24,139 bases of DNA from a virus, in the IMG/VR virus record IMGVR_UViG_3300005265_000764. One strand, 5' to 3'. Position 1 is the first letter of the stretch. Each line of letters opens with the position of its first letter. Position numbers and translations under genes: made by a program. The notes under the pieces were generated by a model. That model worked only from the letters and a program-made list of their open reading frames with translations, ran no database searches and was not told the DNA's origin. Of the stretch, positions 1 to 8,265 are shown in pieces.

Positions 1-156
1 AACACAAAAAGTGTATTAGATAAGGTTGTATACAAAGAGAATGTCTATTATTGTAGCATTTGTGGTGATGTAGCATTTAAAACAAAGAATGAATATCAAC
101 AGTTGTATGCTGAAAAAATTATTTGTTTAAGGTGTTTGGAAGATATTGAGGTTTAA
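1..156 (+). CDS. 3' end of a zinc-finger protein (partial, runs off the left edge)
   Basis: Frame 1 is open from base 1 to TAA 154-156: ...YYCSICGD...IICLRCLEDIEV*, two CxxC pairs. Confidence 0.7.
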   Translation, partial: NTKSVLDKVVYKENVYYCSICGDVAFKTKNEYQQLYAEKIICLRCLEDIEV

Positions 157-170
157 GATTGGTGTGGGAA

Positions 171-1016
171 ATGAAAGAAAAAGAAATAATTGAAATCGCA
201 GAGGAATTTCGTAAAGATAAGGAGTTTGAAACATTAAAAAAAGATATACTTGTTAGGGTTAAAGAGAAATTGTTAAAAATAGATAGTTTTCCTTACGACT
301 TTAACTCTAATGTTTTACATGATGTGATACATGACGAAATAGATAGTTTCGTTACAGGAATTAGTAGGGTTAAAGCATTACAGTTGATTGATTTTTGTGA
401 TAATGAGGAATACATAGACGCAGGGGCAATAGACGATAGTAATCTTGATAGAATAATTATGACAACTTGTTATGAGTGTTTGTATTTGAAACTTTTTGAT
501 GATGACTTGTTCATGGAGTTACAGGAGTATGAATTAACAAAAAAACAGAGAGATAGTTTTGTAAAGGAGATAGACGAAAGAATAGGAAAACATAAACATA
601 GTGAAGGTAGACATAGTAAAACACAAATATGGATTAAGACAGGTTTTGAGATTAGACCAGAGATGTTTAAAAAGCCGTATTTTGCAGAAAAACAGGTTAT
701 AGATTTAAATGATGGTATTGTAAAGATTTTAACTAACAATAATGAGATAAATAGAAATGCTGTTGTTTTTGAAAAACATGGAGAGAAGAGATACAGAGTT
801 TACCTGATGGATAAAGATAAGGATATTGATATACGGGATTTTTTTAAATATCGTTCTGTATCCTCACCAGATTATATTTTACATCCAGATTTTTATATAA
901 AAGGTAGAAATGAACCAGTTGGTAATAAGTATCCTTATAAAACAGAGTTTGAAGATAAAAAAGAGTTTATATTTTATGTAAATCAGATGGTAACAGAGTT
1001 AAATAAGAGGGAATGA
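171..1016 (+). CDS. hypothetical protein (~281 aa)
   Basis: Long ORF in the operon; ATG 171 preferred over TTG 159; no recognisable motif. Confidence 0.8.
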   Translation: MKEKEIIEIAEEFRKDKEFETLKKDILVRVKEKLLKIDSFPYDFNSNVLHDVIHDEIDSFVTGISRVKALQLIDFCDNEEYIDAGAIDDSNLDRIIMTTCYECLYLKLFDDDLFMELQEYELTKKQRDSFVKEIDERIGKHKHSEGRHSKTQIWIKTGFEIRPEMFKKPYFAEKQVIDLNDGIVKILTNNNEINRNAVVFEKHGEKRYRVYLMDKDKDIDIRDFFKYRSVSSPDYILHPDFYIKGRNEPVGNKYPYKTEFEDKKEFIFYVNQMVTELNKRE

Positions 1017-1017
1017 A

Positions 1018-1374
1018 ATGACACAGGATAATAAATTTAAAGAGTATGCTTTGGTATATGAACGGATTGTTTATAGTGATGGTTATAAAAGTTGGGATGT
1101 TAATGAGGTTATAACAGGGTTAATGGATAAATTCGGAAAGGAAAATGTTAAACTGGTAGAGGTTACACGTTACGGGGGGAGATATATCAAGATTTATGTA
1201 AAAGGCAATTTAGATAACATGATGGCTAAACAAAGGGAATATTGCAGAAAAAACGGGTTGCCTTTTTTTGCCCCTTACAATGCGATATGCTGGAGTTGTG
1301 GCAGGATTATTCCTGATACTGATAGTTATCATATTACTGGTTGTCCTTATTGTCATAGGAGTTTTTGTGAGTGA
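1018..1374 (+). CDS. hypothetical protein with C-terminal zinc finger
   Basis: CWSCG...CPYCHRSFC at the C-terminus; starts 2 nt after the upstream stop. Confidence 0.8.
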   Translation: MTQDNKFKEYALVYERIVYSDGYKSWDVNEVITGLMDKFGKENVKLVEVTRYGGRYIKIYVKGNLDNMMAKQREYCRKNGLPFFAPYNAICWSCGRIIPDTDSYHITGCPYCHRSFCE

Positions 1375-1379
1375 TAAGT

Positions 1380-1664
1380 ATGAAACCTGAAAATTGGGAT
1401 AAACTGGATAAAGGCGAGAAATACAAAATAGCAGTTGCATTACTTAAAAGTAAGAGGGGAGAGTATATACTTTCACAGGCACTATGTAAAGCAATAGAGG
1501 TTATGAAAAAAGAACCAGAGGGTAAAAGAGAGGTTAGTAATATAGAGGATATGGAGATTTTGTTAGAAATATTTCCACTGTTTAAAATATTTGAAGAGGG
1601 GAAAAAAGTATTTGAAAAGGGGGAAAAAAATGGATTTTATTTGGAAACACAAGGAAGGGGATAA
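1380..1664 (+). CDS. hypothetical protein
   Basis: ORF coupled to both neighbours; ATG 1380 after GAGTGA. Confidence 0.7.
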   Translation: MKPENWDKLDKGEKYKIAVALLKSKRGEYILSQALCKAIEVMKKEPEGKREVSNIEDMEILLEIFPLFKIFEEGKKVFEKGEKNGFYLETQGRG

Positions 1665-2343
1665 AGAAACAGAACTTTTATTCCCTATAAAGATTTATAA
1701 AGCAGTTGATAACGGTTGGCGACCTGAAACACACCTTATTTGTAACAAATGCGATGGGAGAGTATCACAGAAATATATTTGTGAAAAATGTAAAGCAGAG
1801 TATACAATCGGTGAAATAGAAAAAAGACATGATGTTGAACATGATATAATCTATAATATACATGACTATAAAGCATACATGGAGAGTGAGATACCAAAGA
1901 GTGTAAAGGTAGAAGAGGAGATACCTGTAACTGACATTTTACCAAACATTCTTTTTATCAAAAATGTATATGAGATTTATAACAATGATGATAATTATGC
2001 TGATGTTGTTTTAAAAATCTATAACTATCTAAAGAAAAAACAAATAGCCCTTGTAGTATCTTTTGGTAAAAGTCAGAAACAACGGGGGGGGATTATAGTT
2101 GCAACTGATAGGTTGGTATTGTTAGAGTTACGGGATTATCGGCTTATTAGACATGTTAAACAAAGCAATATTGTAGCAGAGGAAAATAATTCTACACAGA
2201 TTTTAAAAGCAGTATCAGAAAGTCAAGAACCACAAATATATGGAAAGTTTGTAGAAGCAGTTGTGAAGGGTGAAAAAATAGAGGTTAAAGAGAAGGTAAA
2301 GAAAGAAAAAGTAATCGTTAATGCTGACTTTTTAGAGGTATAA
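1630..2343 (+). CDS. ku: Ku-like DNA end-binding protein (prokaryotic/phage Ku core) with CxxC-CxxC in the bridge region
   Basis: MDFIWK...FPIKIYKA matches the Ku N-terminus (MRAIWKG...IPVKLYSA pattern). HLICNKCDGRVSQKYICEKCKAEYTIGEIEK matches the Ku bridge (LH..C.GRI.YKRVC..CG.EV...EIVKGYE). IALVVSF...QRGGIIVATDRLVLLELRD matches the later beta strands. Confidence 0.8.
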   Translation: MDFIWKHKEGDKETELLFPIKIYKAVDNGWRPETHLICNKCDGRVSQKYICEKCKAEYTIGEIEKRHDVEHDIIYNIHDYKAYMESEIPKSVKVEEEIPVTDILPNILFIKNVYEIYNNDDNYADVVLKIYNYLKKKQIALVVSFGKSQKQRGGIIVATDRLVLLELRDYRLIRHVKQSNIVAEENNSTQILKAVSESQEPQIYGKFVEAVVKGEKIEVKEKVKKEKVIVNADFLEV

Positions 2344-2345
2344 AC

Positions 2346-2471
2346 ATGATATTAACAATTGCAGAGGATATAGTAACTGATGGCAACATAGAAACAAAGA
2401 TGTGTAAAAACTGTTATGCAACAAATGAAGGATATAGATTGTTTTGTATTAATTGTGGTGAAAGACTATAA
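2346..2471 (+). CDS. 41-aa zinc-ribbon microprotein (below ORF-track cutoff)
   Basis: MILTIAEDIVTDGNIETKMCKNCYATNEGYRLFCINCGERL*; ATG 3 nt after the Ku stop. Confidence 0.7.
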   Translation: MILTIAEDIVTDGNIETKMCKNCYATNEGYRLFCINCGERL

Positions 2472-2492
2472 ATTGTTTATAGGAGATAAAAA

Positions 2493-2714
2493 ATGATAGA
2501 ACTTGAAGAAAAAGTTTTAAAGGTTATAGTGGAAAAACTTAAAACTGTATATACAACAGGGATTATCACAGTAAACGATGCTAAATATAAGATAAAAAAA
2601 GATGGAAACATATCAATTACATTAGTGTTAGAAGAGGATAATAATGTAAACTGGTATTTTCACCCAGTTGATAGCGATATTCCGATAGTAACTGAAAAAG
2701 CAGAGTTGATGTAA
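2493..2714 (+). CDS. hypothetical protein
   Basis: GGAG SD-like sequence upstream; operon context. Confidence 0.7.
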   Translation: MIELEEKVLKVIVEKLKTVYTTGIITVNDAKYKIKKDGNISITLVLEEDNNVNWYFHPVDSDIPIVTEKAELM

Positions 2715-2715
2715 T

Positions 2716-2883
2716 ATGAGTGAACTTGAGTATTTAATGACATGCCCATATTGTAACAAAAAAACAATTGTTATGTTCTCTGGTAGTGGCACTAAAGGGA
2801 GTTGTATGAATTGTGGAAAGAATTTACCCCCTGAAAAACACTACTATGATTATGAAGGTAGTGTAGTGTCGTATAATGGATGA
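2716..2883 (+). CDS. 55-aa zinc-ribbon microprotein (below ORF-track cutoff)
   Basis: MSELEYLMTCPYCNKKTIVMFSGSGTKGSCMNCGKNLPPEKHYYDYEGSVVSYNG*; starts 2 nt after the upstream stop. Confidence 0.7.
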   Translation: MSELEYLMTCPYCNKKTIVMFSGSGTKGSCMNCGKNLPPEKHYYDYEGSVVSYNG

Positions 2884-2914
2884 AGGAAAAATAATATCAT
2901 ATACAGGGATATAA

Positions 2915-3712
2915 ATGTTTGAAGTAATGAAACCAAAAAAGATAGATAGTATTCCTGTGAATAATGAGAGTGAAAAGTATATCTATGAGATTAAATATGA
3001 TGGGGGGAGTGGTATACTTGTTAAACAGGGTGAACATGTAGATGTTTTTCATAACGGGAATAATACTCCTGTAACATATCGTTATCCTGAACTTTTACCA
3101 GAGTTACATAACCTTAAAGATGGAGTGTATATTGCAGAGTTAATAGTGTCTACTAATGACATGGTTGGGGGGGATTTTGATTTATTCCAGAAAAGACAGG
3201 TTGAAAATCGTTTTAAAATAGAAAGACGTAAACAAATGTATCCTATTACAGCGATAGTTTATGATATTGTTAAAAACGATGGTGAAGATATACGGGATTT
3301 AACTCTTTTTGAACGTAAAGAAATACTACATAAAAACGTATGCGATGGTGAACATATACGGGTTATTGAAAGTTTTTCTAATCCTGATAAGATACTTGAA
3401 AAACAGGATATATATGAAGGCATTGTTATCAAGGATATTAATAGTGTTTACAGGAATAGTAAACGTGATGGTTGGTTTAAATATCGTTTTAACAAGGAAG
3501 AGGTTGTCAGATTTGTAGATTTTGAGGATACTGAAACAGGTATTGTTTTACTTACAGAAGAGGGTAAACGTGTTAATCTCGCAGGTAAACGTAGTGAGAT
3601 AGCAAAGGAGAAGATAAAAAATAATGGTTTTGTGGATTGCGAGATTTCTTGGAATAAAAAAACCGATAAAGGTTTTAGGTTTTGTGTAGTAAAAAGAATA
3701 TTGGGGGATTAA
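2915..3712 (+). CDS. lig: minimal ATP-dependent DNA ligase (adenylation domain plus short OB-like C-terminus)
   Basis: Motif I EIKYDG, motif IIIa IVYDIV, motif IV EGIVIK, motif V WFKYR; 265 aa. Confidence 0.9.
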   Translation: MFEVMKPKKIDSIPVNNESEKYIYEIKYDGGSGILVKQGEHVDVFHNGNNTPVTYRYPELLPELHNLKDGVYIAELIVSTNDMVGGDFDLFQKRQVENRFKIERRKQMYPITAIVYDIVKNDGEDIRDLTLFERKEILHKNVCDGEHIRVIESFSNPDKILEKQDIYEGIVIKDINSVYRNSKRDGWFKYRFNKEEVVRFVDFEDTETGIVLLTEEGKRVNLAGKRSEIAKEKIKNNGFVDCEISWNKKTDKGFRFCVVKRILGD

Positions 3713-3714
3713 AA

Positions 3715-3951
3715 ATGGAATGTGAAACTGAAACTAAAAATAGGTTTAAAGCAGGTGTGTTTCAACTCTCTGAACATGAACTTGAGATGTTAGCACCAGA
3801 GTTTATGGAGATACATAATATTATCTCTCTTGCTAAAGTTGATACTGGTGTTAAAAATATACTCTTGACAGAGGTTTTACGGGAGTTTTGGAGTGAATTA
3901 CAACAACAATTTTATGACTATTTCGGTAGTCAAGGAGTTATCAAGGAGTGA
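3715..3951 (+). CDS. hypothetical protein
   Basis: ATG 3 nt after the ligase stop, GGGGG upstream. Confidence 0.65.
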   Translation: MECETETKNRFKAGVFQLSEHELEMLAPEFMEIHNIISLAKVDTGVKNILLTEVLREFWSELQQQFYDYFGSQGVIKE

Positions 3952-3952
3952 G

Positions 3953-4135
3953 ATGATGGATAAAAATAAACTTTTTGAAGAAATATATCAAAAGTATGAT
4001 GGTAAATATGGTGATTTGGTTGGCAAGTATGTTGATTTACGAATAGCGTATGATATTCTAATGGAATATTGGGATAGTTTACCTGATGAACAGAAACCAG
4101 AGATAAATGAAAGGTTAAAAGAGTTGGGGTTATAA
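3953..4135 (+). CDS. hypothetical protein
   Basis: ATG 3953 after GGAGTGAG; MMDKNKLFEE... Confidence 0.65.
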   Translation: MMDKNKLFEEIYQKYDGKYGDLVGKYVDLRIAYDILMEYWDSLPDEQKPEINERLKELGL

Positions 4136-4145
4136 GGGTGAGATT

Positions 4146-4256
4146 ATGCTGACTAAAGAACAACTTGAAGCAATTGAACAGTTTGAAGCCGAGTTAGAAG
4201 TTAAAGAAAAAGAGAAAAAAGAGATTAACCATCCCTATGGAGATGATTTAATATGA
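4146..4256 (+). CDS. 36-aa acidic microprotein
   Basis: MLTKEQLEAIEQFEAELEVKEKEKKEINHPYGDDLI*; GGGTGAG SD; stop overlaps the PCNA ATG (ATGA). Confidence 0.55.
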   Translation: MLTKEQLEAIEQFEAELEVKEKEKKEINHPYGDDLI

Positions 4257-4948
4257 ATAAAGATTTTAAAGTTAATATTGATAAAAAAGCACTTCTAAAT
4301 GTGTTAAGACGTGTAAAGCCACTTATTCCTGAAATACGTATCTGTTTTAATGCAGAGGGTATACATGTTAGAGAAGTAGATTATGGTCATGTTTGCATGT
4401 ATGATGCAACTATATTTAAAAAATTTAATTTAAATAAGGATGTTGTTTTTTGTGTTGATGTAGAAAAATTTGAAACAGTTTTATCTCTTGTTAAAAGTAA
4501 CAATGTAACTCTTGAGTTTGATGGTAAACTTGTTGTTGATAAAAACTATAAAATTGGTTTACTTGAGATGCCTAAAGAGGATAAGTTGAAAATTCCTAAT
4601 ATTAAATTTGATGTAGAAGTTACACTTGATAGTTTACAACGTATTAAGAGAATAATATCTACAAATGTTAATGATTACTTGACTTTACAGGTTGATAAAA
4701 ATAAAACCTGTTGGGTTGATTTTAAAAGTGATGAAATAGAAATACATGAACCACTTGGTAAGGCACGGATGTTATCAAAAGAAGTAAACTATCCTGTTAC
4801 GGCTATGTATAGTATTGATTATTTTAAAAACATTATACATGACCTTGATACTGCTATTCTCAGATTTTCTACTGATGTTCCTATACAGGTTGTTGAAGAA
4901 AAAGATAACGAAAAGCATTTGTTTTTACTTGCACCACGTATTGAGTGA
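4253..4948 (+). CDS. pcn: PCNA-like DNA sliding clamp
   Basis: 231 aa; EGIHVREVDYGHVCM (D..HV.M motif), VTAMYSIDYFKNI (S.YS.DYL pattern), C-terminal FLLAPRIE typical of archaeal PCNA. Confidence 0.9.
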   Translation: MNKDFKVNIDKKALLNVLRRVKPLIPEIRICFNAEGIHVREVDYGHVCMYDATIFKKFNLNKDVVFCVDVEKFETVLSLVKSNNVTLEFDGKLVVDKNYKIGLLEMPKEDKLKIPNIKFDVEVTLDSLQRIKRIISTNVNDYLTLQVDKNKTCWVDFKSDEIEIHEPLGKARMLSKEVNYPVTAMYSIDYFKNIIHDLDTAILRFSTDVPIQVVEEKDNEKHLFLLAPRIE

Positions 4949-4960
4949 GGGGAAAAAGAA

Positions 4961-5614
4961 ATGACTTGGACAGAGAAGTATAGACCAACATGTTTAGATG
5001 AAGTTGTTGGTCAGGAAAAAGTTGTATCTTATTTCAAGAGATGTTTACAAACTGGAGATATAGACCATTGTATTTTTACTGGGAAGAGTGGAACAGGAAA
5101 AACTACAATGGTAAAAGTAATCGCTAATGAATTCGGTAAACAAGTTATAAAGTTTAGCCCTTCTGATATTAATAAACGTGGTAAAGATTTTGTTCACGAT
5201 GATGTTATACCAGCCATGAGGCATTTATCTATTGACGGGGGTTGGAAGTTAATTTTTATAGAAGAATGTGAAACATTATCACGGCAGGCACAGGAAGAAC
5301 TGCGAACTCCTCTTGAGGATTACTCCCATATTGCAAAAGTGATTTTTGCCTGTAATGATGATAGTAACATTATTCCAGCGATAAAAAGTCGTTGTATCCT
5401 GTTTACTTTTTTACCTATTTCTACACCTGATATGAAAAAACGGTTGCAGGTGATAATTGATAATGAAGGTATTGTAATAGATGAAACTGATTTAGATACA
5501 ATCTGTGAAAAAAGTCATGGAGATTTACGTAAAGCAATCAACTTGTTAAAAGCATATCATAACAATGCTCTTGAATTTAAAGATGAATTTAGTAAATTGT
5601 TTATGAGAGGATAA
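4961..5614 (+). CDS. rfcS: RFC small-subunit-like clamp loader AAA+ ATPase, lacking the C-terminal collar domain
   Basis: WTEKYRP (RFC box II), Walker A GKSGTGKT, Walker B variant IFIEECE, IKSRC (SRC motif), HGDLRKAINLL; only 217 aa. Confidence 0.88.
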   Translation: MTWTEKYRPTCLDEVVGQEKVVSYFKRCLQTGDIDHCIFTGKSGTGKTTMVKVIANEFGKQVIKFSPSDINKRGKDFVHDDVIPAMRHLSIDGGWKLIFIEECETLSRQAQEELRTPLEDYSHIAKVIFACNDDSNIIPAIKSRCILFTFLPISTPDMKKRLQVIIDNEGIVIDETDLDTICEKSHGDLRKAINLLKAYHNNALEFKDEFSKLFMRG

Positions 5615-5616
5615 AA

Positions 5617-6111
5617 ATGCCGAGAGTATATTTTGTAAAAAAAGCAAGAAAAGACTACCCAGCATTTGGGATAAAAAAAGGAGATAGTTACTACTGGTGG
5701 AAATTTAGATACGGCGGGATATATAAAAGTAAAACTCGACCTCGACCAAGCCAACTCACGCAATCAGAGTTTTTATCGACAATATATGCTATTATAGAAG
5801 AAATACAGGATGTAACAATTGATGATTTTAACGGTATAGAAGAACTTAAGAGTTTTATTGAAGAAAAAGCAGAAGAAATAAGAATACTTGGTGAAGAACA
5901 GGAAGATAAACTATACAATATGCCTGAAGGATTACAAGACGGTGAAATAGGATGGCTATTACAAGAGAGGGCAGATGCGTGTTATGAGATGGCTGATGAG
6001 TTAGAAAATATTGATACTGAGATAGATGAGGAGTTGTCAGAAGAGGAGAGAGAAGAACGGTTACAAGAAATACTTGATGAAATACAGAATATAGAATATT
6101 GTGGGGAATGA
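5617..6111 (+). CDS. hypothetical virus-type protein with basic/aromatic N-terminus and very acidic helical C-terminus
   Basis: ARKDYP..GIKKGDSYYWWKFRYGG followed by an E/D-rich region; coupled to the RFC stop. Confidence 0.8.
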   Translation: MPRVYFVKKARKDYPAFGIKKGDSYYWWKFRYGGIYKSKTRPRPSQLTQSEFLSTIYAIIEEIQDVTIDDFNGIEELKSFIEEKAEEIRILGEEQEDKLYNMPEGLQDGEIGWLLQERADACYEMADELENIDTEIDEELSEEEREERLQEILDEIQNIEYCGE

Positions 6112-6114
6112 AGA

Positions 6115-6360
6115 ATGTATCTTGTGTTTAAAGAAGATTTAGAACGGCTTAAAGCAGGTGAAATAGATATAGAAGATTTAACAAAACCAGAACGAGAAGC
6201 ATTGTTTACTTATACTGGTGAAGACATAAAAATCATACTGGAGAAGAAAAAAAAGAAAAAAGACTTAGAAACAGTTGTAAAACATGTTAGAAAAGGACTT
6301 GAACACTGTGATTGCTGGGCTTGCATAGATTGTGCAATGTGGGATGTTTTAGGGGAATGA
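6115..6360 (+). CDS. hypothetical protein with Cys-rich C-terminus
   Basis: HCDCWACIDC; operon coupling. Confidence 0.7.
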   Translation: MYLVFKEDLERLKAGEIDIEDLTKPEREALFTYTGEDIKIILEKKKKKKDLETVVKHVRKGLEHCDCWACIDCAMWDVLGE

Positions 6361-6593
6361 AAATGAATTTAGAAGAATGGATTAAATATATTGAAGAGGG
6401 AATGAACAAGGGAGAAATTGAAAATAAATGTTGTTGGTGTGGTTCTCCTCTTCATGCTCAGGATTTAAAAAGGTATCCTCATGGTGATGGTTGGACAGTT
6501 GATGGTGAAGGGAAACAATGGCTGTATATCCCCTGTAGGAAATGTGGATATGAATGGGCTATCTGGAAGTTAGGAGTTGATAGAGAATGGTGA
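6357..6593 (+). CDS. zinc-finger protein
   Basis: CCWCG...CRKCG; ATG 6357 overlaps the upstream stop (ATGA). Confidence 0.72.
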   Translation: MKMNLEEWIKYIEEGMNKGEIENKCCWCGSPLHAQDLKRYPHGDGWTVDGEGKQWLYIPCRKCGYEWAIWKLGVDREW

Positions 6594-6820
6594 AAGAGAA
6601 ATATAAAAAAATTTTAGAAAGCATTAACATACTCTTAGAGTATGAAAAAGAACATAAAATAAAATTGTTAAATAGGAGATGTAGGCAGTTGCATAAAAAA
6701 ATTGAGGAAAAACTAACTGAAGAACAAAAAGTAGACCTTGAAGACCGAGTGATACGTCTTGAAAAAGAGATAAACAAACTATCACACATGCTTAAAGAGT
6801 TTAAGGTGGTGAAAGAATAA
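6587..6820 (+). CDS. hypothetical coiled-coil protein
   Basis: Heptad-like K/E-rich sequence; overlaps both neighbours. Confidence 0.7.
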   Translation: MVKEKYKKILESINILLEYEKEHKIKLLNRRCRQLHKKIEEKLTEEQKVDLEDRVIRLEKEINKLSHMLKEFKVVKE

Positions 6821-7005
6821 TGGTTTTAACTAAAAGAGAAAAAAAATACATTATTAACGAGTTTTTAGATATTCTATCCTGTAACCTTATAGGTGGTGGC
6901 GAGGTTACTCTGGATAACTACAAAAAATTTACAATAGATGATTTTACATATATTAAAACAAAAGATTTAGACCTTATTATTTCAATAATTGATAAACTGA
7001 AATAG
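6820..7005 (+). CDS. hypothetical protein
   Basis: TAATG coupling to the upstream gene. Confidence 0.6.
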   Translation: MVLTKREKKYIINEFLDILSCNLIGGGEVTLDNYKKFTIDDFTYIKTKDLDLIISIIDKLK

Positions 7006-7011
7006 AAACAA

Positions 7012-7082
7012 ATGGCGAGAGAGAAGGGAAAATTCCAAATCATTCATCTCCTGGATTGATTTTTTTATCCCTTCTCCGTCAT
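7012..7082 (+). other. long imperfect inverted repeat (stem-loop) upstream of the MCM-like gene
   Basis: ATGGCG/CGTCAT, 3-nt bulge, GAGAAGGGA(7021-7029)/TCCCTTCTC(7068-7076), AAATCA(7037-7042)/TGATTT(7057-7062). Confidence 0.55.
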
Positions 7083-7100
7083 AATTATTAGAGGGAAAAC

Positions 7101-8024
7101 ATGGGTGATGATGAGGAAACACTTGAAGAGTTATTTGAAAAACTGGCACGAGAGAGAGAACCACTTGATTTCCTCTCGCAGTTTATCTGCCCTACGTTAA
7201 TCGGTGACATATGGGAATATATTAGGAAAGCAACTTTACTTCTTCTTGCTACACAAAACGATACAAACACAACAAGGATTAGACTACATACTCTCTTAGT
7301 TGGTTCACCAGGAACGGGTAAAACTGTTTTTTTATCATGGGTACAGGAAAATCTCGGTGGGATTTTAATTAGTTCAGAACATACAAGTAAAACTGGATTA
7401 GTAGGAGATGCTCGTGGTCATCGTATTACTCCTGGTCTCCTCGCTGATTATGATGGTAACATCGTATTACCAGATGAGTTAGACAAGATGAGTGGATTAG
7501 ACCAGAGTGGGCTTTTGCAGGCTATGGAAGAGGGTAAGTACATGATTGTTAAAGGGAAGCAACGTATGGAGTTTGATGCAGAAGTGAGAGTTATCGCTGG
7601 TGCTAATCAACTTGACAAAATTGTTAAACCTCTTCAGGATAGGTTTGATTTTATTTTTAAATTATCTGTTGTTAAACGTGAGAAACGTGCTGAGAATGTT
7701 GATAAACTTATTAAAGCATTTTTTGGAACAAACGAGATGGAAAAAAGTCAGTTGATACTTGAGTATCTACGATGGGTAAAAGACTTTAAACCAGTTATTG
7801 AGGAACAAGATTTTGAAGCTATCTCTGAGATGATGGCTATGTATATTCGTAAGACTTCTACAAAGATTGATAATGTTAGTATTCGTAATCTTGAAATGAG
7901 TATACTGAGGATTGCTTATGCTATGGCTAAACTTGAAAAATCAAATATTAAACCTAAACATGTTAAAAGAGCAATTCTTTTTAAAAATGCTGTTTTGAAA
8001 AAACTCGTTGGAGAACGAGAATAG
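7101..8024 (+). CDS. mcm: MCM-family AAA+ helicase core lacking the N-terminal Zn/OB domain
   Basis: Walker A LLVGSPGTGKT, SKTGLVG, Walker B DELDKM, LLQAMEEG, IAGAN, arginine finger PLQDRFD, sensor-2 SIRNLE; in-frame TAG at 7089 rules out N-terminal extension. Confidence 0.85.
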   Translation: MGDDEETLEELFEKLAREREPLDFLSQFICPTLIGDIWEYIRKATLLLLATQNDTNTTRIRLHTLLVGSPGTGKTVFLSWVQENLGGILISSEHTSKTGLVGDARGHRITPGLLADYDGNIVLPDELDKMSGLDQSGLLQAMEEGKYMIVKGKQRMEFDAEVRVIAGANQLDKIVKPLQDRFDFIFKLSVVKREKRAENVDKLIKAFFGTNEMEKSQLILEYLRWVKDFKPVIEEQDFEAISEMMAMYIRKTSTKIDNVSIRNLEMSILRIAYAMAKLEKSNIKPKHVKRAILFKNAVLKKLVGERE

Positions 8025-8046
8025 TAATACTATGGACATTTTAGCA

Positions 8047-8265
8047 TTATTGCCCCCTTAGAATTTTTTCCCAAACAGATAATGGTGCTGTGGCTAGAAT
8101 GCCTATCTCTGATGCTTTAAACCAGTTGATAAGGTCACGTAATCTACTACCGACTATCTGTTTGTTTTCTTTATAATACTCTCCAAATTCTTTGAGAAAA
8201 CACAACGTACCATCTGGCTGGAGAAGCCCCATATCACAGACACATATTTTATCCTTCGTTTTCAT
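8047..8265 (-). CDS. hypothetical protein
   Basis: Last gene of the - strand run, convergent with MCM; coupled to the upstream gene. Confidence 0.6.
   Translation of the reverse strand: MKTKDKICVCDMGLLQPDGTLCFLKEFGEYYKENKQIVGSRLRDLINWFKASEIGILATAPLSVWEKILRGQ

Noticed and set aside
8021-8033. ATAGTA-A-TACTAT palindrome at the convergent junction of the two arms
   Set aside because: Only 6-bp arms of almost pure A/T in an AT-rich sequence; likely by chance
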